54,675 nt of DNA from a virus (IMGVR_UViG_3300030333_004255:1-54675), one strand, 5' to 3'; counted from the stretch's first letter, positions 16,440 through 26,113 are shown. Notes: generated by a model from the sequence alone, not told the origin. Made by a program: numbers and translations.

Positions 16440-16838
16440 ATGGATGATTTTGTACAGAGAGAAGTAGAAAAAGATTTGGCTATGTTGAGAGGCTTGGACC
16501 GAAGGAGTCTTGCAGAAAGGAAGGAATCACGTGACGACTATGCAAAGATTCTCAAGGACCCGGAAGAGTTAGACATTGTTCTAAGGGACTTCTTCTCCTT
16601 CTCTTATGGGGAGGGTGCTAGATTTTTATTAGAGCGGGTTCTAAAAAATCCCCACAAACGTACAAACAAAGTGGCTCAAATCAGCGCAATGATAGCAGGG
16701 TTTGAATGTAAATGCCCTAATCGGTATGCGAAGGATGCCTACGTTCTCCAGCTAACACAACCAGAAAGAGACGCAGCTAACGAGCTATTCAAGAGATACA
16801 TCAAGGAATGGGAGGAAGAACAAAATGTGGACGCATAG
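16440..16838 (+). CDS. Hypothetical protein
   Basis: GAGGAG RBS. Confidence 0.65.
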   Translation: MDDFVQREVEKDLAMLRGLDRRSLAERKESRDDYAKILKDPEELDIVLRDFFSFSYGEGARFLLERVLKNPHKRTNKVAQISAMIAGFECKCPNRYAKDAYVLQLTQPERDAANELFKRYIKEWEEEQNVDA

Positions 16839-17088
16839 AACTTATGATGGGCACACCATCTGCGCTTACTCATCAGGATACTTAGATTGGGGGTTGAAGA
16901 TCACCGACGACTTAGGCTTTGTTGTGTTTAACAACCCACACTACCTGTCTAATGACTCTTGGGGTTTCAATGATCCAGAGGATGAGGATTCAGATGAGAG
17001 AATATCTTGGTCCGACCAAGAGTGGAAGGACGCGCTAAGGGAAAAAGCGGATGAGTTTATAGATTTGGTTTACTACCCAGAGGATTAA
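16825..17088 (+). CDS. Hypothetical acidic protein
   Basis: GGAGG RBS; D/E-rich. Confidence 0.65.
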   Translation: MWTHRTYDGHTICAYSSGYLDWGLKITDDLGFVVFNNPHYLSNDSWGFNDPEDEDSDERISWSDQEWKDALREKADEFIDLVYYPED

Positions 17089-17092
17089 AATA

Positions 17093-17230
17093 ATGAAACT
17101 TCAAAAAGAATTTCTAACCCAGGCTGAGGCTTGGGCATGGGTACAAAAACAGAAGCAGCCCAAACGCGGGGACTACTTCATCGAGAAAGATATCATGTCA
17201 GGCAAGTATGTTGTCTGGCTCATGGACTAG
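17093..17230 (+). CDS. Small hypothetical protein (45 aa)
   Basis: My translation: MKLQKEFLTQAEAWAWV...; GAGGA RBS; fills the gap. Confidence 0.55.
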   Translation: MKLQKEFLTQAEAWAWVQKQKQPKRGDYFIEKDIMSGKYVVWLMD

Positions 17231-17245
17231 ATCAGGGAGAAAAAC

Positions 17246-17452
17246 ATGACATCCATTAACATCCACCGTGTAGAGAAGCTAAAGATTGAAGATCTTAAAA
17301 TTGAATCTGAGGCTTACGACCAGGGTTACTTCTACGTGAAGAGGTTAGTTGTTCACTCTGAAGATGGTGATTTCCAAATTGACTTATTGTCTACCGAACA
17401 CTGCGCTCACTCTTATGAAAACAAAACAAACAGTTACTATGGAGAGGATTGA
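17246..17452 (+). CDS. Hypothetical protein
   Basis: GGGAG RBS. Confidence 0.6.
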   Translation: MTSINIHRVEKLKIEDLKIESEAYDQGYFYVKRLVVHSEDGDFQIDLLSTEHCAHSYENKTNSYYGED

Positions 17453-17490
17453 TTTTATTTTCCTCCCCTCATAGACATGAGGTATAAGCT

Positions 17491-17937
17491 ATGATAAACA
17501 TACAGCTGGAGATGCAGACACTTCGGTCTGCGTTAACAAATCTTCTCCAATTAGGAGTAAGCCGTAATTATTTACGGCAGGAAGTGAAGCAAACTATGGA
17601 CAACTGGCAACGCAAACTAACCACACGAAAGCCTGTACAGACAGGACTACCAGGGCCAGGGGACTTCGACCCTCCTGAGAGTAACCACGTAGACTTTGAT
17701 GGTATCCTCATGGAGGAGGACATCAGAGATTATTTGGAAAACCCACAGGTTCTGGGTGACTTGCTAGCCTTTGAGTCAGGCCCTGGCTCAGCCACTGAGA
17801 TGATGACCAAATATCTTTGGTCTCATTACTGCGGTGTATGTGATGAAACTACAGCGCATTACGAGAAGAAGATGATAGAGTTGTTACGCAATGTCTTTGA
17901 AAAAGAAATTGAAGAATTAGTAAATGGCAAATTGTAG
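17491..17937 (+). CDS. Hypothetical protein
   Basis: 148 aa; GAGG RBS. Confidence 0.6.
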   Translation: MINIQLEMQTLRSALTNLLQLGVSRNYLRQEVKQTMDNWQRKLTTRKPVQTGLPGPGDFDPPESNHVDFDGILMEEDIRDYLENPQVLGDLLAFESGPGSATEMMTKYLWSHYCGVCDETTAHYEKKMIELLRNVFEKEIEELVNGKL

Positions 17938-17946
17938 GAGGCAGTA

Positions 17947-18252
17947 ATGGCGAGCATGAAAGTAGAGCAAACGTCGCTTGTTTTCCAAGAGCTAGGGGAG
18001 AACAGGAGTCAGGCAGTGAGGGCTGCCCACCTGGCTGAACAATGTTGGGCACTATGCATCCGAATGGATGATGTAAATCTTAGAAGTCATCTGCTTAACA
18101 TGTCAGTGCGTGAGCTTGCAGCTATTTACGGGTCAGCTGCTGGGGAGGGAACGGCGTTTGATTTCCGAACAGACAGCGAGAAAGAAGAGGGTTTACCCGT
18201 GACCAGTACCAAAATTGCTAACTTTGTAAGGGAGCAGGGATGGAGGAAGTGA
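17947..18252 (+). CDS. Hypothetical protein
   Basis: AGGAGG RBS. Confidence 0.65.
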   Translation: MASMKVEQTSLVFQELGENRSQAVRAAHLAEQCWALCIRMDDVNLRSHLLNMSVRELAAIYGSAAGEGTAFDFRTDSEKEEGLPVTSTKIANFVREQGWRK

Positions 18253-18473
18253 AACCCCTAAGAGCGGGAATGCTCATAATCTGGGCTTCAGTTTCACTTT
18301 TCTTATCAGTGTTCTTTGGATTCTGTGTTGGGTTCTACTTTGATTACCAACATATATTCAGCTGGAGCAACTACCTTTTATTTACAGGTAGTGTTTTAGG
18401 TTTAGTTATTCTGATACTTCTACAAACAGCTTTATTGTATAAGCTAGAAAAACATATAGAAGATTCAGATTAG
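18240..18473 (+). CDS. Two-TM membrane protein
   Basis: Two long hydrophobic segments. Confidence 0.6.
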   Translation: MEEVKPLRAGMLIIWASVSLFLSVFFGFCVGFYFDYQHIFSWSNYLLFTGSVLGLVILILLQTALLYKLEKHIEDSD

Positions 18474-18547
18474 TATTGACGTAGTTAGTGTAAAGCTAAT
18501 AGATAAATAATGTGGTTTTATTTACAACAAATGCTAGAAGCATTTAC

Positions 18548-18563
18548 TGTCCAAACATGGACA
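18548..18563. promoter_or_regulatory. Palindrome variant (last copy)
   Basis: TGTCCAAACATGGACA, upstream of the DUF932 gene. Confidence 0.75.
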
Positions 18564-18582
18564 TTAAACAGGAGAGATACAC

Positions 18583-19560
18583 ATGCCAGCAGCGGTAGAA
18601 ACTATGATGTATGCAGGAGCAACACCTTGGCACGGAGAGGGCACCTATGTAGGTGACCAAGATGTTCTGAGTAAGGAGGCCCTCGTGGCTTCTGGTTTGG
18701 AGTGGGGTGTTCACAAAGCGGAGTGTTATGCTCAAGATGAGGGCGGTGATATTTTCATCCCTGATATGAGAGCAGTACTTCGAGATACTGACAATGCCTA
18801 CATGGGTATGGTCGGTAAAGACTTTCACCTTCTTCAGAACAGTGAAGCCTTTGAGTTCATGGACTCCCTGGTTGAAGAGGGTAAGATGAGATACCATACT
18901 GCGGGCTCTCTCCGTAACGGTAAGCGTATCTTTATCCTTGGTAAGATTGGAGAGTACGAGGCTCTGCCTAATGATTTGGTAGACAAGTATATCCTGCTTT
19001 ACAACTCCCACGATGGTACCGGGGCACTACGGTGTCTTCCGACAACAGTGCGGGTTGTCTGTGCTAACACTGTGAACATGGCTTTGAGCCAGGGACGAGG
19101 GCAGGGTATCTCGGTACGCCATACTAAGAACATGCGTTCTCGTATGGATGAAGCTCACAAGATTTTTGGCCTTGCTCAGGATCAGCTTTCTGAGGCCGAG
19201 GAGTTTCACAAGGCTCTTGCTCAGACCACTATGACCAATGGTCAGTGGGATGAGTTTGCTAACATCCTTATCCCTGACCCTGTTGGTGAAGGTAAGGACG
19301 GCAAGCCTAAGAACCCTAAGCGTGCTCAGAACAACCGGGACAAGCTTCAGAACTTGTACCTTATGGGACGGGGCTCTGAGATCAGCGGTGTTCGTTTCAC
19401 ACCTTGGGCTGCTTACAATGCGGTGACTGAGTACGTGAACTACGAGCGTAGTTCTCGTGGTGGCCAGGCCAACCGCTTTGAGTCTGCACTCTTTGGTAGT
19501 GGTGCGACTCTGATTCAGAAGGCTGAGTCAACACTCAAAGAAATGTTCCTGGCAGCATGA
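18583..19560 (+). CDS. DUF932/DUF945-family phage/plasmid protein (TIGR03299-like)
   Basis: PWHGEG, LQNSEAFEF, TAGSLRNGKR, NSHDG, VRVVCANT and WAAYNAVTEY motifs. Confidence 0.9.
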   Translation: MPAAVETMMYAGATPWHGEGTYVGDQDVLSKEALVASGLEWGVHKAECYAQDEGGDIFIPDMRAVLRDTDNAYMGMVGKDFHLLQNSEAFEFMDSLVEEGKMRYHTAGSLRNGKRIFILGKIGEYEALPNDLVDKYILLYNSHDGTGALRCLPTTVRVVCANTVNMALSQGRGQGISVRHTKNMRSRMDEAHKIFGLAQDQLSEAEEFHKALAQTTMTNGQWDEFANILIPDPVGEGKDGKPKNPKRAQNNRDKLQNLYLMGRGSEISGVRFTPWAAYNAVTEYVNYERSSRGGQANRFESALFGSGATLIQKAESTLKEMFLAA

Positions 19561-19823
19561 TGTCAGTGGCGATGAGATGTTCCCTACTCGCGTTGTGGGT
19601 AGGGAGCTTCTCTCTCCATCTGTCCAGTTGTGCTACCACATCTAAACATATTGAATTCGAAGTGCCGTGTGATTGTATAACGGTTCAAGATCAATATGAG
19701 TTAGACCAGACTATCGATAACGCTCTTTTTGAATACGATAATAAAGACGTAGATGGGCTGACGCGCACAATGAACAGATTACAGAGAGAGAAGTTTAAAC
19801 GTAACATTGAGAGGACTAAATGA
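19557..19823 (+). CDS. Putative lipoprotein
   Basis: Hydrophobic signal sequence ending in the lipobox LSSC. Confidence 0.55.
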   Translation: MMSVAMRCSLLALWVGSFSLHLSSCATTSKHIEFEVPCDCITVQDQYELDQTIDNALFEYDNKDVDGLTRTMNRLQREKFKRNIERTK

Positions 19824-19949
19824 AGGTTAAAAAAGTCTACTTAATTCCAGCACGGACTTACTGGGTTGGGATGGGATTGCTCCTGTTCAATGCCGTAGCG
19901 TTACTTACAGTAAGGCTCTGGTTCAGTGGATGTTAGAAAGGGGGGACCA

Positions 19950-20342
19950 ATGAAAGTACAAGTGTATAGAAATCTCAAACACGGTAAGGGTAGGCACAGT
20001 CACTTCTGGTCAATCAAGCACAAGGGTAAAGTCATCAACAAATCTCAGCCGACTCAGGGCGTGGTGCTTCAGAACGTCTCTGTCCGCCTCTGGTTGAAGA
20101 CTGTTGAGAAGATCAGGGAGACAGGTGTAAAGACACCAGCAGCTTTCTTAGAGGGAGACCTCACAACTTACAGCGGCGTTGTTCGTTGGACCGAGAGTGA
20201 CCAGCCAGAGGGCACAGAGAGGATTACCTTCAACCCTCACCACCTAAGTAACTTCGTATGGGAATCTGATGGGAAAGTTGTTGAGGGTATTCTTGATAAG
20301 GTCTGGTTCACAAAGGAAGGCGTATTTGCACATAGAAACTAA
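19950..20342 (+). CDS. Phage hypothetical protein
   Basis: VQVYRNLK...WSIK...ITFNPH pattern recalled from other phage early proteins; function unknown. Confidence 0.7.
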   Translation: MKVQVYRNLKHGKGRHSHFWSIKHKGKVINKSQPTQGVVLQNVSVRLWLKTVEKIRETGVKTPAAFLEGDLTTYSGVVRWTESDQPEGTERITFNPHHLSNFVWESDGKVVEGILDKVWFTKEGVFAHRN

Positions 20343-20373
20343 TCGTGAGTTCACACGATTAAGGAAAGGACAC

Positions 20374-20823
20374 ATGAAAATACATGAGTTAGCAACTGAG
20401 TTTGCTGAGGTAGCCAGGCTCAGTCCTGATTTGGTTCAACCTAAGTATGGGGGTGAGAAGGGTTCTCTTCGAGGACACTGCTATGTTTTGACTGAGGCGT
20501 TGTGGTACGAGAGGGGTAAGGCCACGGGTTGGAAACCCACGTACCTAAACTCTAAGACATGGCCAGAAGGTCTCATGCCTGGGGAAACACACTGGTATTT
20601 GGTAAGAACTTTTGGTCAGGAGAACATCACATTTTACGAAGTGTGTGACCCTACAGCAGAACAGTTTGATATCAAAATTCCTTACTACGAAGGCAGGTCA
20701 TGCGGCTTTCAGACAAAGGAGCCAAGTAAGAGAACCAAGTCTTTGATTGCCAGGGTGAAGTACATCAGAATTATGAAGAATATAGAAACTCAAGTTTGGG
20801 AAAGCATAGGAGAACACACATGA
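20374..20823 (+). CDS. Putative papain/transglutaminase-fold protein
   Basis: GHCYV...HWYL...DPTAEQF in Cys-His-Asp order; start AAGGACACATG. Confidence 0.6.
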   Translation: MKIHELATEFAEVARLSPDLVQPKYGGEKGSLRGHCYVLTEALWYERGKATGWKPTYLNSKTWPEGLMPGETHWYLVRTFGQENITFYEVCDPTAEQFDIKIPYYEGRSCGFQTKEPSKRTKSLIARVKYIRIMKNIETQVWESIGEHT

Positions 20824-21152
20824 CATATGAATCTTTAACTAGAGCCACATTCAAACCCCCGCAGTTTGATCAAGGTGACAAGCATTTGTATGAAAGGGAG
20901 AACGGTTGGGGTTTCTCTTGCAACATGGTTTCAAACTGTCACACGGTTTTTAGTGGGTGTCACCACAATTACGAAGTGAGAGATCGTCTGGTATCAGCAG
21001 GTGTAATAAATGAAACATGTGAAGAAGACACTGAGAGTTCTTGCATGTACGTATACTTTAAAACAAAAGATGACGGGCTTGCATTTCTTGACCGTTTGAA
21101 TAAGTACCTCGTATCCAAATCAGAAAAGCTGTTAGCAGCATTAGCCTACTAA
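20820..21152 (+). CDS. Hypothetical protein
   Basis: Start reassigned to AGGAGAACACACATG. Confidence 0.7.
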   Translation: MTYESLTRATFKPPQFDQGDKHLYERENGWGFSCNMVSNCHTVFSGCHHNYEVRDRLVSAGVINETCEEDTESSCMYVYFKTKDDGLAFLDRLNKYLVSKSEKLLAALAY

Positions 21153-21162
21153 GGAGAACTTT

Positions 21163-21339
21163 ATGAAGACCAGTAAAGAACTAAAAGATATTGTCAAAGA
21201 CCTCAGCTCAATCCACAAGATTGCTCAAGGTCTACGAACCAGGGGCTACAACATCCCGATGAAGGACATCAATGCTCAGCGGGAGCGAGCTGAGAAGTCA
21301 TTGAAGCGGGCACAGTTGCGAGAGAGTGCTCATGCCTAG
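21163..21339 (+). CDS. Small hypothetical protein (58 aa)
   Basis: My translation: MKTSKELKDIVKDL...; AAGGAG RBS. Confidence 0.6.
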   Translation: MKTSKELKDIVKDLSSIHKIAQGLRTRGYNIPMKDINAQRERAEKSLKRAQLRESAHA

Positions 21340-21925
21340 ATATACTTACACAGTACCCAAGTCGTTCATGCTTCTACACCATATCACTATGGATGTAGGA
21401 GCCTACGACTACATACAGATTACTGTAGGGGGTAAAGCCAAAGCCTCTGCCACCAATGGTGTAGTAGCTGGAGTGATTTCTCAAACCCTTACAGCTTGTG
21501 ACGTTCTAAAACCTGTAAAGACTTTCTACATTACAAAGTATCACGCAGATGAAGCTTTAAACATACTTGAATGTACAGACAGGGTTATAGAGTTTGAGTA
21601 CAAAGGTGAAGAAGCCAGCGTCTTATACTTAAAGGATGATAGCGGAGATAGGCATTATCTACCTTTTACATGGGAGCCGCAAGATAATCACAGCTTTGAT
21701 ATAGATGATCTATTCCCTGATCCAGATATCAATGAGCCTAGACCTGCGGTGAGAATGCCACTCTATGCAATGAGATCTGTAATGGAAATACTGGAAGGGA
21801 TGAACGTACAAGAATTAAACTTCTTGTTTTGTGCAGAAGGTAAGCCAGCTTTATCCCATTACACAAGCTATTGCGAACAGGTAGGTGAGCTTCAATCTTC
21901 GTTTGTAACAGCCTTGGCAAGCTAA
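21332..21925 (+). CDS. Hypothetical protein, possibly a beta-clamp-like fold
   Basis: About 197 aa; ASATNG recalls the clamp ATDG turn (weak). Confidence 0.5.
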   Translation: MPRYTYTVPKSFMLLHHITMDVGAYDYIQITVGGKAKASATNGVVAGVISQTLTACDVLKPVKTFYITKYHADEALNILECTDRVIEFEYKGEEASVLYLKDDSGDRHYLPFTWEPQDNHSFDIDDLFPDPDINEPRPAVRMPLYAMRSVMEILEGMNVQELNFLFCAEGKPALSHYTSYCEQVGELQSSFVTALAS

Positions 21926-21931
21926 TTTTAT

Positions 21932-21963
21932 TTGACTAGATGTATAGAGAAAAACTATACATC
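21932..21963 (+). promoter_or_regulatory. Promoter/operator upstream of cro
   Basis: TTGACT followed by the inverted repeat GATGTATAG-N7-CTATACATC. Confidence 0.55.
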
Positions 21964-22051
21964 ATACACAACATATATCACATAGTTCTTCCCTCTTGTG
22001 AAAAGAGGGGGAGCTATGTAATATATAAACTATACCTTTAAGGAGTAGACA

Positions 22052-22285
22052 GTGACTAACCAAGAGAAAATTCTAGCAGCGGCAGCCTTCGATCGAGTGA
22101 TCGACATCGTTGGAAGTCAGACAGAGCTAGCCAAGAGGTTGCAAGTAAAGCAGCCATCCGTGAACAGCTGGAAGATGCGGTGCCAGATCCCAGCAGACCG
22201 GGTTTTAGATATTGAAAAAATTGTCGGTGGTCAGGTGACAAGATATGAGATGAGGCCCGACGTGTTTGGGAAACAGAATGGTTAA
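22052..22285 (+). CDS. Cro/YdaS-like HTH transcriptional regulator
   Basis: GSQTELAKRLQVKQPSVNSW...IPADR...VTRYEMRPDVF. Confidence 0.9.
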   Translation: MTNQEKILAAAAFDRVIDIVGSQTELAKRLQVKQPSVNSWKMRCQIPADRVLDIEKIVGGQVTRYEMRPDVFGKQNG

Positions 22286-22359
22286 CAGCCTGATACTCCT
22301 GTACATATTCGGAATCCTACTGGGGTGTGGTTTAGAAAAGGTAGTGGATTACATCCTAG

Positions 22360-22725
22360 ATGGGGGACTCAATGCTTCACTCAGCAAACTCCGAGTTAGT
22401 TCTAGATATCGTAGAAGAGACTGTTGATTTTATTTTCAAAGCAGACAGAGTTTCTGACTCTCAAGTAGCTCAGATAAAAGAAACTATTACGGGCGCGATG
22501 GAGATGTACTTTGGTTTTGCAATCGAATCTAGCGCCAACTTTGATGATGATAAAGCCAGGTCTAACTGTGAAGACAGCGACTTACTTCTACTATGCCTCA
22601 GAATCGTAGAGGGTATTGAAGCGTGGGGGACTGACCCACCTACAATGCAAGTACTAAAACAAGTAATGAGTGCAGGGAAAGAAGAAGTTGATGCTTTGCG
22701 TTATACCATGGAGGATTTTAAGTAA
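22360..22725 (+). CDS. Hypothetical acidic protein
   Basis: 121 aa in the operon. Confidence 0.6.
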   Translation: MGDSMLHSANSELVLDIVEETVDFIFKADRVSDSQVAQIKETITGAMEMYFGFAIESSANFDDDKARSNCEDSDLLLLCLRIVEGIEAWGTDPPTMQVLKQVMSAGKEEVDALRYTMEDFK

Positions 22726-22736
22726 GGGGAACACAC

Positions 22737-22970
22737 ATGGAACATGACTTATCATGGTGGTTAGAGCACTTGTTTTTTAGTGCTATATTTATAGTTATCT
22801 TTTTTGAAACTATATTAGCCAGGCTTTTAGGTACATCTCTTTTAACAATCATGGGTATAAGTGAAGCTGCTAGATACATGTCTCGCATCAGAAAAAACAA
22901 GACGACCTATGTTGTAGATAAGAGAAAATATAAAGCTTCTAATCAAGATACCTTTTATGAAGATTCTTAA
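22737..22970 (+). CDS. Small membrane protein
   Basis: Hydrophobic N-terminal half; RBS AGGGGAACACACATG. Confidence 0.65.
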   Translation: MEHDLSWWLEHLFFSAIFIVIFFETILARLLGTSLLTIMGISEAARYMSRIRKNKTTYVVDKRKYKASNQDTFYEDS

Positions 22971-22988
22971 TAGTTAAGGAAAACACAC

Positions 22989-24275
22989 ATGCAATTATAC
23001 CCTTATCAAAAGAAAGGGGTGGTGTTCTTGCAAGGTAGGCAAGCGGCACTACTCTTCGATGAGATGGGCTTGGGTAAAACAGTCCAAGCAATCAAGGCAG
23101 CTAACTGGGATAAACCTATCCTTGTAGTATGTCCAGCCTTTCTAAAGTTTAACTGGGAGAAAGAACTAAAACTGTGGGGCTACCCACACCCTGTGACAGT
23201 AATCAAGAAAAAGAAAGACTACCGTAAACCAGTTGGTAAAGAAGCTGTGGTGGTGTCCTACTCTATGTTACCTCCATGGGTTAACAAGATGGAGAGCGGT
23301 ACTACTCTGATTGCCGATGAGGCGCACTGCGTCAAGAACTACAAGGCTCAGAGGACCAAGCGTTTTAGGTCACTGTCTTCTGCTACCATGAAAGCTAAAG
23401 GTAGAGTTTGGGCAATGACTGGTACACCTCTGATGAACAAACCAAATGAGATGTGGGGTCTACTCAAATCTATCGGCCTAGCATACGAGGCTTATGGTGA
23501 CTGGGAAAACTTTGTTCGTCTGTTCAATGGTAGGAAGAACAGATGGAATGGGTGGGACTGGGGTATCCCTCGCGATGGAGCTGGTGACGGTTTAAAGAAA
23601 GTAGGTCTTGGAAGACGCAAGCGAAGTGTGCTACCAGATCTGCCGACTAAGGCCCGCCGGTTTGTAGAGGTAACCCTCAGTAGAACCGTAAAGTCCATGT
23701 GCAACGATGTTCTATCTGAGTTGCAGTCACATGGAATTAGTCTAGAAGATATCACTGCTTCTCACAAAGCAGCTGGTCTCAGAATAGAATTTTCGAATAT
23801 TGCTAGGATTCGTAAAGCTGTCGCTGATGCGAAGATCCCTAAGATGCTTGAGTATGTCAGTCTCTTCGAAGAGACGTACACACCACTGGTTGTGTTTGCT
23901 CAACATCGAGCACCGATAGATGCGCTAGCTACACGTGAAGGGTGGGCTACTATCACTGGGGATACTCCACAAATCAGACGGGCAGAATATGTGCAGATGT
24001 TTCAGGAGGGGAAGCTGAAAGGCATCGCTGGGACCATCGGCGCAATGAGTACGGGGCTGACTCTTACCCATGCAAGCAACATGATGTTTGTAGATATGAG
24101 CTGGGTGCCAGGAGACAACCTCCAAGCGGAGGATAGAATATGCAGAATAGGACAAAAATCCGCATGCCAATATCTGATACTCACTGCCGATCATCCCATG
24201 GACGAGCTTGTCAACAGAGCACTGGTGTACAAAGCAGAAGTACTTGCCAACTCTGTAGATAAAGCTTATGCCTAA
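22989..24275 (+). CDS. SNF2-family DEAH helicase
   Basis: DEMGLGKT, DEAH, TGTP, GLTLT and QAEDRICRIGQ. Confidence 0.95.
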   Translation: MQLYPYQKKGVVFLQGRQAALLFDEMGLGKTVQAIKAANWDKPILVVCPAFLKFNWEKELKLWGYPHPVTVIKKKKDYRKPVGKEAVVVSYSMLPPWVNKMESGTTLIADEAHCVKNYKAQRTKRFRSLSSATMKAKGRVWAMTGTPLMNKPNEMWGLLKSIGLAYEAYGDWENFVRLFNGRKNRWNGWDWGIPRDGAGDGLKKVGLGRRKRSVLPDLPTKARRFVEVTLSRTVKSMCNDVLSELQSHGISLEDITASHKAAGLRIEFSNIARIRKAVADAKIPKMLEYVSLFEETYTPLVVFAQHRAPIDALATREGWATITGDTPQIRRAEYVQMFQEGKLKGIAGTIGAMSTGLTLTHASNMMFVDMSWVPGDNLQAEDRICRIGQKSACQYLILTADHPMDELVNRALVYKAEVLANSVDKAYA

Positions 24276-24335
24276 AAGCTATTGACATATATTATCAATT
24301 GCTATACATCCTTTGGTGGGTGCGTAGGGGGACAT

Positions 24336-26102
24336 GTGGTGGATTTCTCAACAGTGGAAGATTACACGTCTAGAGGGTTATGCGTCATACCAGTAGAGGG
24401 AATGGGTAAAAGACCTCTACACAACAATTGGACTACATCCAATAATGAGTGGAGTGAGAACGATTTTCAAAACAGGAATATCGGAATCATCACAGGCAAG
24501 CGTAGTAATATCGTTGTCATTGACATTGATAACCGGGGAGATGAATCAGCTGACGATAAAGCTCAGAAGATTCTAGGTCTTTATCCGACAAACTTGGTTA
24601 GCCGTACGGGCAGCGGCGGCTACCATTTGTTTTACCGTTACCCTCATGGGACCAGTAGGGTACCTAATGCGGTTGGTAAAGACGGTATCGATGTCAGAGG
24701 CGATGGGGGAATGGTCGTCGTACCGCCTTCAACTACAACCAAGGGTCCGTATTCTTGGTTGAATGAGGGCAAGCCTGGCGACTTCCCCCTCGCCTTCCTT
24801 AGTAAAAAAAGCTCAGACTCTTGGGATGAGCGTCAAAAAGAGAATGCCCGGAATGATCCTGACTGGGTGATGAGGGCTCTTCAAGGTGTATCTGAAGGGG
24901 GTAGGAATGACTTATGTGCAAAACTAGCGGGCTACTTTTTAGCCAAAGGTTTAACGACACGTATTGTTCTCTCTGTTCTTCAGGATTGGAATAGGAAAAA
25001 CAACCCTCCCTTATCCAACAGAGAACTAAGGGAGACTGTTGAATCAATAAACAGGGCTGAAGAAAGATCAATACAAGAGACCGCTAGTAAACCATCTAAG
25101 AGTGGACCGTCTAAACTAAAGTTTGGTTTGATGGGGTTTCAAGAGTACATGACTAAATATGGTACCAATGACGTACGTTGGACTGTCAAAGATTGGCTAC
25201 CAGAGAGCACCATATGTTTTGTTGTATCTCCTCCAGGGTCTTACAAGACCTGGCTTTTGATGGACTTAGCTGTATCTGTTGCCAGCGGTATGCCGTTCTT
25301 AGGTAATGTACCAGTAGAAAAAACAGGGCCGGTTATTATTATCCAGCAAGAGGATCACCATGTGCAAACTGTAGAACGTTTGGCTTTGATTGCTACTCAG
25401 CGTCTCAACCTGGGAAATCCGTCAGAGTCTTCAGGTATGTTTGAGGTCAACGTTCCACCTGATCTACCAATATACATACATACAGATAGACAACTTAGAT
25501 TTGATGACTCGAATAGTACGGAAGCTTTGGGAGAAGTTGTCCGTGAAATCAAACCAGCTTTGGTTCTGATAGATCCCCTGTATTCAACTGTGAGTACTGA
25601 TGACTATATGGCCAGGGCAGCTGAACAGATGATGTTCATGAAGGATTTAAGAGATGAGTTGGGTACTACGTTTATTCTGGCACACCATCGTAAGAAAGGT
25701 GGTGACTTACATCGTGAAGGTCTTTGGGGCTCGCAGTTCCTCAATGCGTTTCTTGAAACAGGTTGGCAGATAACACCTACTGACAACACAAACATAAAAA
25801 TGAAACGACACTTCAAGGCATCAAAGAACCCGGAAGAGGTGGAGATTAGTTGGAACATCGATACAAAGAATCCTGTGTACAACATAGAAGTAAAAGATTC
25901 TAATCAGGGAACTATCGAGGACACCGTTCTATCTATCTTTGATTCAGGTCCAAAGTCAGTAAAGGAAGTAGCAGATGCACTGAATGTAGATAAGAGTACT
26001 GCTTCTCGTAGACTCAAGAAGATGGAAGCGGACGGTCTTGTTGAGAAGTTTAAGGTAGGGAGATTTCAGAAGTACAGGGTGAAGCATAAATTCAACTTCT
26101 AG
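24336..26102 (+). CDS. Bifunctional primase-polymerase with PriCT, AAA/RecA-type helicase and C-terminal wHTH
   Basis: NIGIITG, VIDID, TGSGGYHLFY, DVRGDGG, EGGRND, Walker A PPGSYKT and LIDP; probable start GTG 24336 or 24339. Confidence 0.93.
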   Translation: MVDFSTVEDYTSRGLCVIPVEGMGKRPLHNNWTTSNNEWSENDFQNRNIGIITGKRSNIVVIDIDNRGDESADDKAQKILGLYPTNLVSRTGSGGYHLFYRYPHGTSRVPNAVGKDGIDVRGDGGMVVVPPSTTTKGPYSWLNEGKPGDFPLAFLSKKSSDSWDERQKENARNDPDWVMRALQGVSEGGRNDLCAKLAGYFLAKGLTTRIVLSVLQDWNRKNNPPLSNRELRETVESINRAEERSIQETASKPSKSGPSKLKFGLMGFQEYMTKYGTNDVRWTVKDWLPESTICFVVSPPGSYKTWLLMDLAVSVASGMPFLGNVPVEKTGPVIIIQQEDHHVQTVERLALIATQRLNLGNPSESSGMFEVNVPPDLPIYIHTDRQLRFDDSNSTEALGEVVREIKPALVLIDPLYSTVSTDDYMARAAEQMMFMKDLRDELGTTFILAHHRKKGGDLHREGLWGSQFLNAFLETGWQITPTDNTNIKMKRHFKASKNPEEVEISWNIDTKNPVYNIEVKDSNQGTIEDTVLSIFDSGPKSVKEVADALNVDKSTASRRLKKMEADGLVEKFKVGRFQKYRVKHKFNF

Positions 26103-26113
26103 GAAATACACAC

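Noticed and set aside
16391-16447. 18-codon ORF behind a perfect start-associated motif
   Set aside because: It is too short to support and may be a remnant or leader of gene 16440.
18476-18510. TTGACG promoter before the DUF932 gene
   Set aside because: The context is AT-rich, but there is no convincing -10 box at 16-18 bp spacing.
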